Source of the DNA: an uncultured Flavobacteriaceae bacterium
Lineage (GTDB): Bacteria > Bacteroidota > Bacteroidia > Flavobacteriales > Flavobacteriaceae
DNA length: 64,000 bases
Reading direction: 5' to 3'
NCBI GenBank assembly: GCA_964495935.1
Contig: CAZBXQ010000005.1
Location: forward strand, 3,862 to 67,861
Shown here in pieces: positions 44,026-54,310 of this stretch. The notes beneath the pieces were generated by a model. It searched no databases. It saw only the letters and a list, made by a program, of their open reading frames with translations, and was not told where the DNA came from. The first letter of the stretch is position 1; the number at the start of each line of letters is the position of its first letter. The position numbers and the translations under genes were made by a program.

Positions 44026-44580
44026 TTATTTCGGAGGGTATTCCCGAAGGGTTTTTTCTGCGATAGTAGTAAAAAGACGAGTGCGGTCTTCGGGTGTGCG
44101 ATTATGCTTTAATCGCACTTCGGCGACCCCTTGCCAGTATAGAGTATTCTCTTGAGCATCAATCAATTCTATGGTAACATTCATAATCTTTCGGTTATTT
44201 GTAATCGGGATTCCGCTGGCGATGTTCCCTCCGACAGGAGATCCGATGGCTCCAATACTGATACCAAGACTATTGTGATTGGTTTCTTTCGTGAAGTCGG
44301 CATAATAGTTAATCAGAAAATCCGGATGCTTACTTCGAGAGAAGCCTTTTTCTTCCAGATTTTTTACGAGTGCCCGTTGTAGGCGTTTCTGATCTAAAGT
44401 ATCCAGGCCGGACTTTATACTCTCATAAAAATTGAAACTTTGGTAAGTCTTAAAATCTTTTGTTTCGTCATAATCGGTGTATATCTTCGGGCTACCGCAA
44501 GCTGCGGCCAATAGTAGTACAGCCAGTAAACCCGATAGGAAAAGCCACGTTCTTTTCATCGTTGCAAAAATTAATTTCAA
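44026..44580 (-). CDS. lipoprotein, DUF4136-like
   Basis: 184 aa. Lipobox LLAAACGS. Family guess from the overall pattern. Confidence 0.55.
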   Translation of the reverse strand: MKLIFATMKRTWLFLSGLLAVLLLAAACGSPKIYTDYDETKDFKTYQSFNFYESIKSGLDTLDQKRLQRALVKNLEEKGFSRSKHPDFLINYYADFTKETNHNSLGISIGAIGSPVGGNIASGIPITNNRKIMNVTIELIDAQENTLYWQGVAEVRLKHNRTPEDRTRLFTTIAEKTLREYPPK

Positions 44581-44584
44581 AAAC

Positions 44585-45604
44585 TTATTCTAAGGCTTCA
44601 AGCGGTTGGTTGAGAACCTCCCACAAGCGGTCTTTTAGCTTTTGCAAGCCTTGTTGGGCCACTGCAGAAATAAAAACATAGTTTTCTCCTTGAAATACGC
44701 CTTTTAGTTCCTCATCCAGTTCGCTCAACAATTCAAGATCCATCAAATCGCATTTGGAAATAGCAATAAGGCGGGATTTATCCAAGAGTTGAGGATTGTA
44801 GCGTCGGAGTTCATCTATAAGAATATCGTATTCCTTCTTGATATCCGGAGTATCGCTGGGAATGACAAAAAGCAGCGTTGAGTTGCGTTCGATATGGCGT
44901 AAAAAAAGATGCCCCAAACCTTTTCCCTCGGCGGCTCCTTCAATGATTCCGGGGATGTCGGCCATAACAAAGCTTTGGCGTTCTCGGTTTTTGACAATCC
45001 CCAAATTGGGTTTCAAGGTGGTAAATTCGTAATTGGCGATCTTTGGTTTGGCAGCTGTTAAGGCAGCTAATAGGGTGGATTTTCCGGCGTTGGGAAAACC
45101 TACCAAACCGACATCAGCCAGTACTTTAAGTTCCAAGGTGAGTGCTCGTTCTTCCCCGGGTAATCCGGGTTGTGCATATCGTGGAGTTTGACGGGTAGAA
45201 GATTTAAAATGCCAATTTCCTTTTCCTCCTTTTCCTCCTTTGGCAACGATTTTTTCCTCGCCGTCTTTTGTGATTTCTGTGATAATTTCCTGGGTATGAG
45301 TATCGCGAATGACCGTTCCCAAAGGAACTTCTATATAACGCGATTCTCCATCCGTTCCAAATTTGCGTTGTTTCCCTCCGTTTTCTCCGTGTCCGGCACG
45401 AATGTGACGTTTAAAGTTAAATTCATAGAGCGTCCAGAGATTTTTATTGCCGCGAATGATAATGTCTCCACCTTTTCCTCCATCGCCACCATCCGGACCT
45501 CCTTTTTCTACGAATTTCTCACGCCGGAGATGAGAGGAACCTTTTCCGCCTTTTCCCGAAGCCACATGAAGTTTAACGTAGTCGATAAAATTCCCTGTTT
45601 TCAT
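44585..45604 (-). CDS. obgE: GTPase Obg/CgtA
   Basis: 339 aa. Glycine-rich Obg fold (GGDGGKGG) and GTPase motifs [13 protein letters not shown] and SKCD. Confidence 0.95.
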   Translation of the reverse strand: MKTGNFIDYVKLHVASGKGGKGSSHLRREKFVEKGGPDGGDGGKGGDIIIRGNKNLWTLYEFNFKRHIRAGHGENGGKQRKFGTDGESRYIEVPLGTVIRDTHTQEIITEITKDGEEKIVAKGGKGGKGNWHFKSSTRQTPRYAQPGLPGEERALTLELKVLADVGLVGFPNAGKSTLLAALTAAKPKIANYEFTTLKPNLGIVKNRERQSFVMADIPGIIEGAAEGKGLGHLFLRHIERNSTLLFVIPSDTPDIKKEYDILIDELRRYNPQLLDKSRLIAISKCDLMDLELLSELDEELKGVFQGENYVFISAVAQQGLQKLKDRLWEVLNQPLEALE

Positions 45605-45690
45605 AAACGCTAAGATACTAAAATTAAGTGGCGTGCTCTACAGGATTAACATAGAACCATGAGCAATGTGAGGTGAATGCAGTCTCTATT

Positions 45691-46266
45691 TTATTGAACT
45701 GAATCGATCACCCGGCTTAGGCGATCGGTGACTTCCTCTACGCTTCCAACTCCGTCGATTTCATAGAATTTGTCTGATTTTTGATAGTATTCTTTTACCA
45801 CTTCAGACTGATCGTAATACACCTGCATCCGTTTTCGGATAATTTCCTCATTGGCATCATCGGCGCGACCCGAGGTTTTACCGCGTTCCAAAATCCGCTT
45901 GATGAGAATGTCCTCATCGACCTGTAAAGCCAACATCGCATGAATCTGACTGCCTTTATGATCCACCAACTTGTCCAAATCTTTGGCTTGTGCTGTGGTT
46001 CGGGGGAAACCATCAAATATAAACCCGTTGGAGTTATGGTGTTTATTTACTTCCGAATGCAGCATATTAATAGTTACCTCATCAGGGACGAGTTGACCAT
46101 TGTCGATGTATTTTTTGGCAAGTTCTCCCAGTTCCGTTTTGTTTTTGATATTATAACGAAAAACGTCACCGGTTGAAATATGTTTTAGATTGTACTTTTT
46201 TTCTAATCGTTTGGCTTGGGTTCCTTTTCCTGCTCCGGGTAGGCCGAATAGTATTACATTTATCAT
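45691..46266 (-). CDS. adk: adenylate kinase
   Basis: MINVILFGLPGAGKGTQ... The track ORF starts one codon earlier on a TTG. Confidence 0.95.
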   Translation of the reverse strand: MINVILFGLPGAGKGTQAKRLEKKYNLKHISTGDVFRYNIKNKTELGELAKKYIDNGQLVPDEVTINMLHSEVNKHHNSNGFIFDGFPRTTAQAKDLDKLVDHKGSQIHAMLALQVDEDILIKRILERGKTSGRADDANEEIIRKRMQVYYDQSEVVKEYYQKSDKFYEIDGVGSVEEVTDRLSRVIDSVQ

Positions 46267-46442
46267 CAAGTCGTTTTTAATTTCAAGTCCCTTCTTCTAT
46301 GGGGGAAGGGAATTAAGCAAGCTACAAATATAATGTTTTTTGTTCTGAATGTTTGGGTAAATGTCTACTTTTGTGCTTATAAAGGGGTGAAAGAGAGGAT
46401 TATTTTGGGATGGACGGAACCAATAACAGATGATTTTGTGAA

Positions 46443-47600
46443 ATGAAAAATTATTTTTCTTCAGATTTTAAATTGGGTATTCTTGGAGGGGGACAATTAG
46501 GCAAAATGTTGCTCTATGAGACCCGGAAGTATGATATTCAGACTTATGTTCTGGATCCCAGTGACCAGGCACCCTGCCGAATTGCTTGTAATCATTTTGA
46601 GCAGGGAGAATTGCTGGATTATGATACGGTTTACAATTTTGGGAAACAGGTTGATCTCTTGACGATTGAGATTGAAGCTGTGAATGTTGATGCTATGGAA
46701 CAATTGGAAAAGGAAGGGGTGACGGTCTATCCCTCCAGTGCCACACTAAAAAAGATTCAGGATAAAGGAGTGCAGAAAAATTTTTATGCCGAGCATACTA
46801 TTCCGACTGCAGATTTTGAGGTTTTTGAGCATAAAAAAGGGCTCTTCGAGGCGATTGAACAGGGAAAATGGTCTTTTCCTTTTGTTTGGAAAAGTAGAAA
46901 AGGAGGGTATGATGGCCGAGGGGTTGCCATGATTCAAAATAAAAATGATTTAAAAGATCTTCCGGATGTTCCGTGTCTGGCAGAAAGTAAGATTCCCTTT
47001 AAAAATGAACTGGCGGTTATTGTGGCTCGAACTCCGGCAGGGGAAGTAAAAACTTTTCCGGTGGTGGAGATGGAGTTTCATCCGATGGCCCATCAAGTGG
47101 AATATGTGATTTGCCCCGCTCGTATTGGAGATAAGGTGGCCGAAAGAGCCCGAAAGGTAGCCAAACAGGTGTCTCATGCTTTTGAACATGTCGGGCTTTT
47201 GGCTGTTGAAATGTTTCAGACCCGAGAGGATGAAGTATTGGTTAACGAAGTGGCACCACGCCCCCACAATAGCGGACACTACAGTATTGAGGCTGCTTTT
47301 ATCAGTCAGTTTGAGCAACATTTGCGGGCTATTCTAAATTTGCCGCTGGGCAATACGGCAAGTAAAGTCGGGGGGGTGATGGTCAACTTGGTAGGTGATG
47401 AACATTATAGCGGTCCGGTACACTATAAAAATATGGATGAAATTTTAAAACTCCCGGGAGTTACTCCTCACATCTATGGAAAAGCGAAGACCCGGCCTTT
47501 TCGAAAAATGGGACACGTAACGATTGTACACCAAGATTTAAACCAGGCGCGGAAAATTGCCGAGAAGGTAAAAGGAATCGTAAGAGTGATTAGCGACTAA
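46443..47600 (+). CDS. purK: 5-(carboxyamino)imidazole ribonucleotide synthase
   Basis: 385 aa. ATP-grasp fold, ILGGGQLGKM N-terminus and NEVAPRPHNSGH motif. Confidence 0.9.
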   Translation: MKNYFSSDFKLGILGGGQLGKMLLYETRKYDIQTYVLDPSDQAPCRIACNHFEQGELLDYDTVYNFGKQVDLLTIEIEAVNVDAMEQLEKEGVTVYPSSATLKKIQDKGVQKNFYAEHTIPTADFEVFEHKKGLFEAIEQGKWSFPFVWKSRKGGYDGRGVAMIQNKNDLKDLPDVPCLAESKIPFKNELAVIVARTPAGEVKTFPVVEMEFHPMAHQVEYVICPARIGDKVAERARKVAKQVSHAFEHVGLLAVEMFQTREDEVLVNEVAPRPHNSGHYSIEAAFISQFEQHLRAILNLPLGNTASKVGGVMVNLVGDEHYSGPVHYKNMDEILKLPGVTPHIYGKAKTRPFRKMGHVTIVHQDLNQARKIAEKVKGIVRVISD

Positions 47601-47630
47601 GTTGAAATTCGTACTTTTGAGGATTCGGTT

Positions 47631-48923
47631 ATGGTTTTAATCTATATACAGAAGCAGACCCCGCGAATGACTTATGCATTTAAACAAATGATAGGTCGTA
47701 TCTTGGGGTTGAAGGTCAACCTCACTTCCAAGATTGAGGAATTTATTGCTTTTAAAGGAGCAAAATTTTCCTATGGTGAAAAGCGAATGGGGAATGAGGT
47801 CTTTGTAAAGGCCTATGGATTATTACAGGAGCAGGGAATTGAAAGGAAAACGATAGAAGTGAAATATTGGGGAGAAATTCCCGTATTTTTCTATGTAGGA
47901 CAAGAAAGTGATGTCCCTTTTGATATTTTTTCGGCAGCCTTTTATTTACTCTCGCGATATGAAGAATATCTACCATATAATCGGGATCAGTATGGACGCT
48001 ATCCGGCTGAGGAGAGCTTGGCCTATAGCAATAAATTTCTGCGAATGCCGGTTATAGACTTGTGGGCATATCGGTTTCAGGCCATCTTGAAGCGCGAGTT
48101 TCCTCTGCAGGAATTCCCCGAGCGAAAATTTCAAGCTAAAAACATTATGACAGTGGCCGAGGTCTTTAAATATAAAGAGAAAGGATTGGTCAGAAATATC
48201 GGTGGGGGGCTGCGAGATCTCTTGCGATTTCGGTTTAAAACCGTTTTCAACCGGATAAAAACCCAGTTGTCCCTGAATCGCGATCCCTACGATGTATATG
48301 AAGAGATCTTACGGTTTAGCCGGCAAAATGGATTTTCTTGGGAGTTCATGTTTCAGTTGAGTGATTATTCCTCCCATTGTAATAACATCGGGCACAACAA
48401 TCTCAAGTATCACAGCATGATCAAATCTATGGGTGATTATGGTCCGATAGGCTTATTGTTGGGATATGATGCCATTTATGACAAAGGAATATTGCGGAAG
48501 GAAAAGAAGCGTTGGGAGGAAATCGTCAATCGGGATCTCGAAGTGGCATTGAGTCCCATGTATGGCATCAATCTGCCAGAATTGTATAACAATTATGACG
48601 ACTTGGAGATTGCCCATGATTATTCTATGGGGTATCCCGATAAGGTAGGGTTTCGGGCGGGTACCTGTACTCCGTTTTTGTACTACGATTTAAGTCTGGA
48701 GCGCATTTCGCCGTTATTGATTCACCCGATAGCCTTCAATAGCATTACCTTTGCGCGAGGTTCTTTCTTTGAAATACGAACGGTTTTGGATCGCTTGCGT
48801 AAACAGGTGAAAGCGGTAAATGGTGAACTGCTGATGATTTATAGAAACTCCGATTTCAAGGAGGGGGCAAGCCGGGAAAAGTTTTTTCAAATATTGGAAC
48901 GAATGAATAATGAGGAAGATTAA
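47631..48923 (+). CDS. conserved hypothetical protein (possibly polysaccharide-deacetylase-like)
   Basis: 430-aa ORF. No firm motif. Confidence 0.45.
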   Translation: MVLIYIQKQTPRMTYAFKQMIGRILGLKVNLTSKIEEFIAFKGAKFSYGEKRMGNEVFVKAYGLLQEQGIERKTIEVKYWGEIPVFFYVGQESDVPFDIFSAAFYLLSRYEEYLPYNRDQYGRYPAEESLAYSNKFLRMPVIDLWAYRFQAILKREFPLQEFPERKFQAKNIMTVAEVFKYKEKGLVRNIGGGLRDLLRFRFKTVFNRIKTQLSLNRDPYDVYEEILRFSRQNGFSWEFMFQLSDYSSHCNNIGHNNLKYHSMIKSMGDYGPIGLLLGYDAIYDKGILRKEKKRWEEIVNRDLEVALSPMYGINLPELYNNYDDLEIAHDYSMGYPDKVGFRAGTCTPFLYYDLSLERISPLLIHPIAFNSITFARGSFFEIRTVLDRLRKQVKAVNGELLMIYRNSDFKEGASREKFFQILERMNNEED

Positions 48924-49593
48924 AGCCCTTTTTTTTGACTTGGACGGAACCTTGTGGGATTTTCGGAAGAATAGTGAGGAGGTTCTTATTGATATTTTGG
49001 AACGGCATGATGTTCCCATAGCTTATGATGAGTTTTTGCACGTTTATGCCCCTATTAATCAGAAATTGTGGCGACGCTATCGCTTTCGAGAAATAAATCC
49101 TCGCGAGCTTAATTATGAGCGTTTTCATCAGACTTTTAAGGCCTTAAAACTTAATCGCAGCAAAACGTGGATAGGAGAGTTTAGGGATTCCTATATTGCG
49201 GGGTTGGGGGATCCTGCAAAATTGTATCCCCACACCCGGGAGACCTTAGAATACCTGAGAGAGCGGTATTCGCTGCACGTTATTACCGATGGTTTTTCCG
49301 AATTGCAAAAAAATAAATTGAAACGAACTGGAATTTTTTCGTACTTTGATACCCTGACATTTTCAGATGAGGCCGGAGCGACCAAACCGAGTCCGCTGAT
49401 TTTTAAAACGGCTTTGTCACGGGCGGAGGTGGCTCCCGAACAAAGTTTGATGATCGGTGATCACCCCGAATTTGATGTCCAAGGTGCCCGGAAATCAGGA
49501 TTGCAGGCTATTCATTTTGTGCCCGATGCCGATATTGCTTCAGAAGAAAATGGAAGAATATCATCAATTTTTGAACTAACAAAAATCTTATAA
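48910..49593 (+). CDS. HAD-family hydrolase (YjjG-type nucleotidase-like)
   Basis: 227 aa. FFDLDGTLWD motif I and GDHPEFDVQGA motif. Overlaps the upstream gene by 14 nt. Confidence 0.8.
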   Translation: MRKIKALFFDLDGTLWDFRKNSEEVLIDILERHDVPIAYDEFLHVYAPINQKLWRRYRFREINPRELNYERFHQTFKALKLNRSKTWIGEFRDSYIAGLGDPAKLYPHTRETLEYLRERYSLHVITDGFSELQKNKLKRTGIFSYFDTLTFSDEAGATKPSPLIFKTALSRAEVAPEQSLMIGDHPEFDVQGARKSGLQAIHFVPDADIASEENGRISSIFELTKIL

Positions 49594-50412
49594 ATGAGGA
49601 AAACAGCTCTTTTTTTAGGTGTATTTATCTTTTTTTGTACAAGTCTGCAACTTCAGGCTCAAAATGATATTGAAAAGTTAAACGATTACAAATATGTTAT
49701 TATTCCCCTGCAATTTGGTTTTCAGGATGAGGATAATCAGTATATGGTGAATTCAAAACTAAAATATTTGTTGAATCAATATGGTTTTGACACCTATATG
49801 GATGTTGAGGACGGCCCTCTGGATTTGGAGATGAACAGCTGTCTTGCCCTACATGCCGAATTAAAAAGCGATGCAGAAGGTTTTTTGGCCATGCAAACGA
49901 AGTTGCGTTTGCTCTTAAAAGATTGCCGGAATCGTGTGGTCTTTGAGAGTGAGGAAGGGACCAGTCGCGAAAAAGAATTTAAGAAGGGATATCTGGATGC
50001 TTTAGATGATCTTTTTGACCGTACTTTTAGTGGATTTGAATACCATTATAACAATCATGTAAAGAATGAGGATACAGCCTTGGCCGAGAATCAGGAAACA
50101 ACAGAAACAGTGGCCAAACCAAAGAAAGATAGCGATGTGAATGGATTGTCGGCTACCAAGGATCGTATCTATTTGTTGAATGGAACAACGTATGGGATCC
50201 ACAAAATTCAAGCGGGATATCTTTTGCTGAATGAACATACCGGAGAACGCAAGGCACTTCTGCATGAAACTGATGAACATACGATTCTGTATAACTCCAC
50301 TACAGTCAACGGGACCGCTTCTGTTAAAGAAGGGGGGAGGATTATAAAAGTTGAATATTTTGACAAAGAAAAGGGCGGTGTAGAAAGCTTTGTGCTGAAG
50401 GAAAAGGAATAA
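49594..50412 (+). CDS. secreted hypothetical protein
   Basis: 272 aa with an N-terminal signal peptide (FLGVFIFFCTSLQLQAQ). Confidence 0.5.
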   Translation: MRKTALFLGVFIFFCTSLQLQAQNDIEKLNDYKYVIIPLQFGFQDEDNQYMVNSKLKYLLNQYGFDTYMDVEDGPLDLEMNSCLALHAELKSDAEGFLAMQTKLRLLLKDCRNRVVFESEEGTSREKEFKKGYLDALDDLFDRTFSGFEYHYNNHVKNEDTALAENQETTETVAKPKKDSDVNGLSATKDRIYLLNGTTYGIHKIQAGYLLLNEHTGERKALLHETDEHTILYNSTTVNGTASVKEGGRIIKVEYFDKEKGGVESFVLKEKE

Positions 50413-50587
50413 CAGCTATTTCTATTTTAAAAAATTTATCCGGGAGTGGGGTAGGAGGATTAAAAAAACACCGGAGACCGTGATGATCGGGGTAGCGCGG
50501 GCGGATTCTGAGCTTCGTTTTTAGTCACGAACCGCTATTGGCTAAGAGAAGCTGTGAATCATCCGGTTCATCGATAGCGTTGATCGG

Positions 50588-51865
50588 TCAATAATCGTAT
50601 TTTCCTTTCCAACGGGTCTTTAGAAATTGTTGAAGTCGTTCTTCCCGTTTATTCTTTCCCGGTTTAAACAGGGTGGTGGATTTTAGTTCGTCCGGCAGGA
50701 ATTCAATATCGACAAAGTTGTTTTTGTAGTTATGAGCATATTTATAATCCTCCCCATATCCCAAATCTTTCATGAGCTTGGTGGGCGCATTGCGGATATG
50801 CAGGGGGACCGATAAATCACCGGTTTTCTTTACCAGACGCTGAGCCTCATTGATGGCTTCGTATGCCGAATTACTTTTGGGGGAGGTTGCCAGATAAATT
50901 GTACATTGACTCAGAATAATCCGGGATTCCGGGAAGCCGATGGTGTTTACCGCTTGAAAAGTGTTATTGGCCATCACCAGAGCGGTAGGATTAGCCAGGC
51001 CGATATCTTCGCTGGCCAAGATAAGCAGTCGGCGCGCAATAAACTTGACATCTTCTCCGCCTTCAATCATGCGCGCCAGCCAATATATCGCTGCATTGGG
51101 ATCACTTCCCCGAATAGATTTTATAAAAGCCGAAATAATATCGTAGTGTTGGTCGCCGGTTTTGTCGTAACGAACCGTGTTTTGTTGTACTTTCTGCGTT
51201 ACCATATCATCGGTAATCACTACTTTATCGGTGTTTTCAGAAGTAACAAGGAGTTCAAAAATATTGAGGAGCTTTCGAGCATCCCCACCGCTCAGGCGAA
51301 GCAAGGCGTTAGTTTCGCGAAGCTCAATTTCTTTTTTCGCCAGGACTTGATCTTCTCGAATGGCCTTTTCCAGCAGTTCTAATAAGTCCTTTTTGCTAAA
51401 GGGCTCAAGAGTGTACACTTGGCAGCGGGAAAGCAGGGCGGGAATCACTTCAAAACTTGGGTTCTCGGTAGTGGCACCAATCAAGGTAATCCACCCTTTT
51501 TCGACGGCTCCCAATAGGGAATCTTGCTGAGATTTGCTGAAACGATGAATTTCGTCAATGAATAAAATGGGGTTCTTTGTGGTAAAAAGCCCGTCCTGCT
51601 GTTGAGCTTTTTGAATTACATTTCGAACATCTTTAACCCCACTGCTAATTGCACTTACCGTAAAAAAAGGCCGTCCGGTCTCATGAGCGATGATATGGGC
51701 GAGAGTAGTTTTTCCGACACCCGGCGGCCCCCAGAAAATAAGAGAAGGAACTACATCGTTTTTTAACTGCATACGCAAGGGCCCGTTTTGGCCCAACAGG
51801 TGTTTCTGGCTTAAACAACCCTCCAATGTATTCGGTCGTAATCGTTCTGCAAGCGGTTTATTCAT
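50588..51865 (-). CDS. rarA: replication-associated recombination protein A (AAA+ ATPase)
   Basis: 425 aa. GPPGVGKTT, FIDEIHRF and a MgsA C-terminal domain. Confidence 0.95.
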   Translation of the reverse strand: MNKPLAERLRPNTLEGCLSQKHLLGQNGPLRMQLKNDVVPSLIFWGPPGVGKTTLAHIIAHETGRPFFTVSAISSGVKDVRNVIQKAQQQDGLFTTKNPILFIDEIHRFSKSQQDSLLGAVEKGWITLIGATTENPSFEVIPALLSRCQVYTLEPFSKKDLLELLEKAIREDQVLAKKEIELRETNALLRLSGGDARKLLNIFELLVTSENTDKVVITDDMVTQKVQQNTVRYDKTGDQHYDIISAFIKSIRGSDPNAAIYWLARMIEGGEDVKFIARRLLILASEDIGLANPTALVMANNTFQAVNTIGFPESRIILSQCTIYLATSPKSNSAYEAINEAQRLVKKTGDLSVPLHIRNAPTKLMKDLGYGEDYKYAHNYKNNFVDIEFLPDELKSTTLFKPGKNKREERLQQFLKTRWKGKYDY

Positions 51866-52157
51866 AGTATTGCAAAAATAGAATTTGGTATGGACATACC
51901 TTCTTTTTTGGGATAAACTTTAAGTTAAAGACACTTTTTTTACGGCTGATGGAACCGTAATATTGTTTATGGGGTAACGACCTAATTACAGAGCTTCTGT
52001 TCGGTGGATTGGAGTCGCAGCAAGCGAAATTTGTTAATAGATCTGAGGGCTTTTCCCGTGCAGAGCCATCTTTTTGGCATCAACTATTTCGTTAAGGAGT
52101 GTCCAAAATTAAAAAGTGAGGAATTTGGTTTTCCAAAAAATAGGTTATTTTGCGGCC

Positions 52158-53183
52158 ATGGAGGTTGCCGTAGTTATTTTAAATTGGAATGGACAAAAAC
52201 TTCTTGAGCAGTTTTTGCCTTCGGTGGTTCGGTATTCTGAGGAAGCAACGGTATATGTAGCCGATAACGCTTCCACCGACCATTCTGTGGATTTTATAAA
52301 AAGACATTTTCCGGCTGTTCAAATTATTCGAAATAGGGCTAATTATGGATTTGCAGAAGGCTATAACCGAGCCCTTTCCGGATTGAATGAGGAGCTTTAT
52401 ATATTGCTCAATAGTGATGTTGAAGTGACGAAAGGTTGGCTTTGCCCGATAATCGATCATTTTAAAACCCATCCCGATACGGCTGTTGCCCAACCGAAGT
52501 TGCTGGATTATAAGCGTAAAACGTATTTTGAATATGCCGGTGCCGCCGGAGGCTTTGTTGATAAGTACGGCTACCCTTTTTGTCGTGGGAGGATTTTTGA
52601 TACGATTGAGGAAGATATCAAGCAATATGAGGAAGAAACCCCCATTTTTTGGGCCAGCGGTGCCTGCTTTGTGATACGGAGTTCGGTATATCATCGATTA
52701 GCGGGTATGGATTCGGCTTATTTTGCGCACCAGGAGGAGATTGATTTATGCTGGCGTGCTTTTAACCTGGGCTATCGGGTTTATTATATCCCGCAAAGCA
52801 GGGTTTATCATTTGGGGGGAGCAACTTTGGACAAATCGAGCCCCCGAAAAACCTATTTAAATTTTAGAAATTCACTCTTTAATCTCATCAAAAATATACC
52901 GAGCAGAAGAGTCTATGGCATACTTTTTGTGCGTCTTTGCTTGGACGGTTTGGCCGGTTTTAAATTTTTTATTGAAGGAAAGCCGAAGCATAGCGGGGCC
53001 ATTATTCGTGCGCATTTTGATTTTTATAGACAATTTCGCTCGATGAGACGTAAAGGTCAGCATCAATCCAAGCGAGTGAATTATGCTAAATTACGTAGTA
53101 TTGCATGGCAATACTACGTAAAAAAGCGAAAAAAATTTGGAAATTTGATCCTATTAAAGGGAAATAATAATTACAAAATTTAA
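52158..53183 (+). CDS. family 2 glycosyltransferase
   Basis: The internal ATG gives MEVAVVILNWNG... DNASTD and NSD motifs. Confidence 0.85.
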   Translation: MEVAVVILNWNGQKLLEQFLPSVVRYSEEATVYVADNASTDHSVDFIKRHFPAVQIIRNRANYGFAEGYNRALSGLNEELYILLNSDVEVTKGWLCPIIDHFKTHPDTAVAQPKLLDYKRKTYFEYAGAAGGFVDKYGYPFCRGRIFDTIEEDIKQYEEETPIFWASGACFVIRSSVYHRLAGMDSAYFAHQEEIDLCWRAFNLGYRVYYIPQSRVYHLGGATLDKSSPRKTYLNFRNSLFNLIKNIPSRRVYGILFVRLCLDGLAGFKFFIEGKPKHSGAIIRAHFDFYRQFRSMRRKGQHQSKRVNYAKLRSIAWQYYVKKRKKFGNLILLKGNNNYKI

Positions 53184-53263
53184 AAGAATAAATAGGTCCT
53201 ATAAAAATAAGTTCAATATATTTGCATTATAATCCTATAAACACTTTATACTTTTAATTTATT

Positions 53264-54187
53264 ATGAAAAAGTTTGCACTTTTGTCGGTTGCTATAGTCT
53301 TTATATTTACGTCTTGTGTTCCGACCAAGAAATTCAACGCTCTTCAGCAGAAAAAAGATCAGCTTGAGAATCAAGTTTATAAATTGAATGCGAAGTTAGA
53401 TGAATGTAAAGGGAATCAAGATCGCGCCAATTCTGAGATTACCAGCTTGGAAAAGCAGATCAAAACCTTAGAGAATACCAATTCGGCCTTGCTCAATACG
53501 CAGGGAGATTTTGCAACTATTTCTAAAAAAGCAGCAGAGAATCTCGAGCGTTCTTTGGAAAGCATTAGAGAAAAGGACAAACAATTGCGATCGCTGCGAG
53601 ATGCGGTTAATAAAAAAGATTCTGTAACCTTGGCTTTAGTGACCAGTTTAAAAGGAGCACTGGGGAATTTACAGGATGAAGACATTCAGGTCAACGTTGA
53701 GAAAGGTGTAGTCTTCGTGTCCATTTCAGATAAATTATTGTTTGGAAGCGGAAGTTATCAAGTGACGCAACGAGCCCGAGAAGTATTGGGTAAAGTGGCT
53801 AAAGTAGTAAATGACAAACCTGATATTGAATTTATGGTAGAAGGGCATACCGATACCGATCCCGTAAAGAAGGGAATTCCAAATATGAAGGATAATTGGG
53901 ATTTAAGTACACTGCGTGCTAATGCGGTAGTTCGAATCCTGCAAAATGATTACCATGTTGATCCTGCACGGATGACCTCTGCCGGGCGTAGTGAATACGT
54001 GCCGGTTGCTTCTAACGCAACAGCCGAAGGAAAGGCCAAGAACCGAAGAACCCGTATTGTGGTCTTGCCAAAACTGGACAGATTCTACGACCTGATTGAA
54101 AAAGGGATGAAGAAAGCGGAGCAAAACGGAGCCTTCGAAGAAACCGAAATGCCCGATATCAATAAGAAAGATGAAGGAATCGACTAA
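53264..54187 (+). CDS. OmpA-family lipoprotein with a coiled-coil N-terminal region
   Basis: 307 aa. Lipobox FIFTSC and OmpA_C motifs (GHTD, LSTLRA, NRRTRIV). Confidence 0.85.
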   Translation: MKKFALLSVAIVFIFTSCVPTKKFNALQQKKDQLENQVYKLNAKLDECKGNQDRANSEITSLEKQIKTLENTNSALLNTQGDFATISKKAAENLERSLESIREKDKQLRSLRDAVNKKDSVTLALVTSLKGALGNLQDEDIQVNVEKGVVFVSISDKLLFGSGSYQVTQRAREVLGKVAKVVNDKPDIEFMVEGHTDTDPVKKGIPNMKDNWDLSTLRANAVVRILQNDYHVDPARMTSAGRSEYVPVASNATAEGKAKNRRTRIVVLPKLDRFYDLIEKGMKKAEQNGAFEETEMPDINKKDEGID

Positions 54188-54256
54188 AAGAAAAAACAGA
54201 AGTTAATAATAGAAAATGAGTATTGGATAGCTACCTGTCCAATAGGGATTAAAATA

Positions 54257-54288
54257 AATCCCGCTTTATGATCCAGTAAGGCGGGATT
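54257..54288 (+). terminator. putative intrinsic terminator after the ompA-like gene
   Basis: AATCCCGC...GCGGGATT stem followed by ATTTGTTATTT. Confidence 0.5.
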
Positions 54289-54310
54289 ATTTGTTATTTA
54301 GAATTGTACG

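Noticed and set aside
50413-50587. 175-bp relatively GC-rich spacer between the secreted-protein gene and rarA, as a possible small RNA
   Set aside because: I could not find a convincing stem-loop, promoter box or conserved motif by eye.
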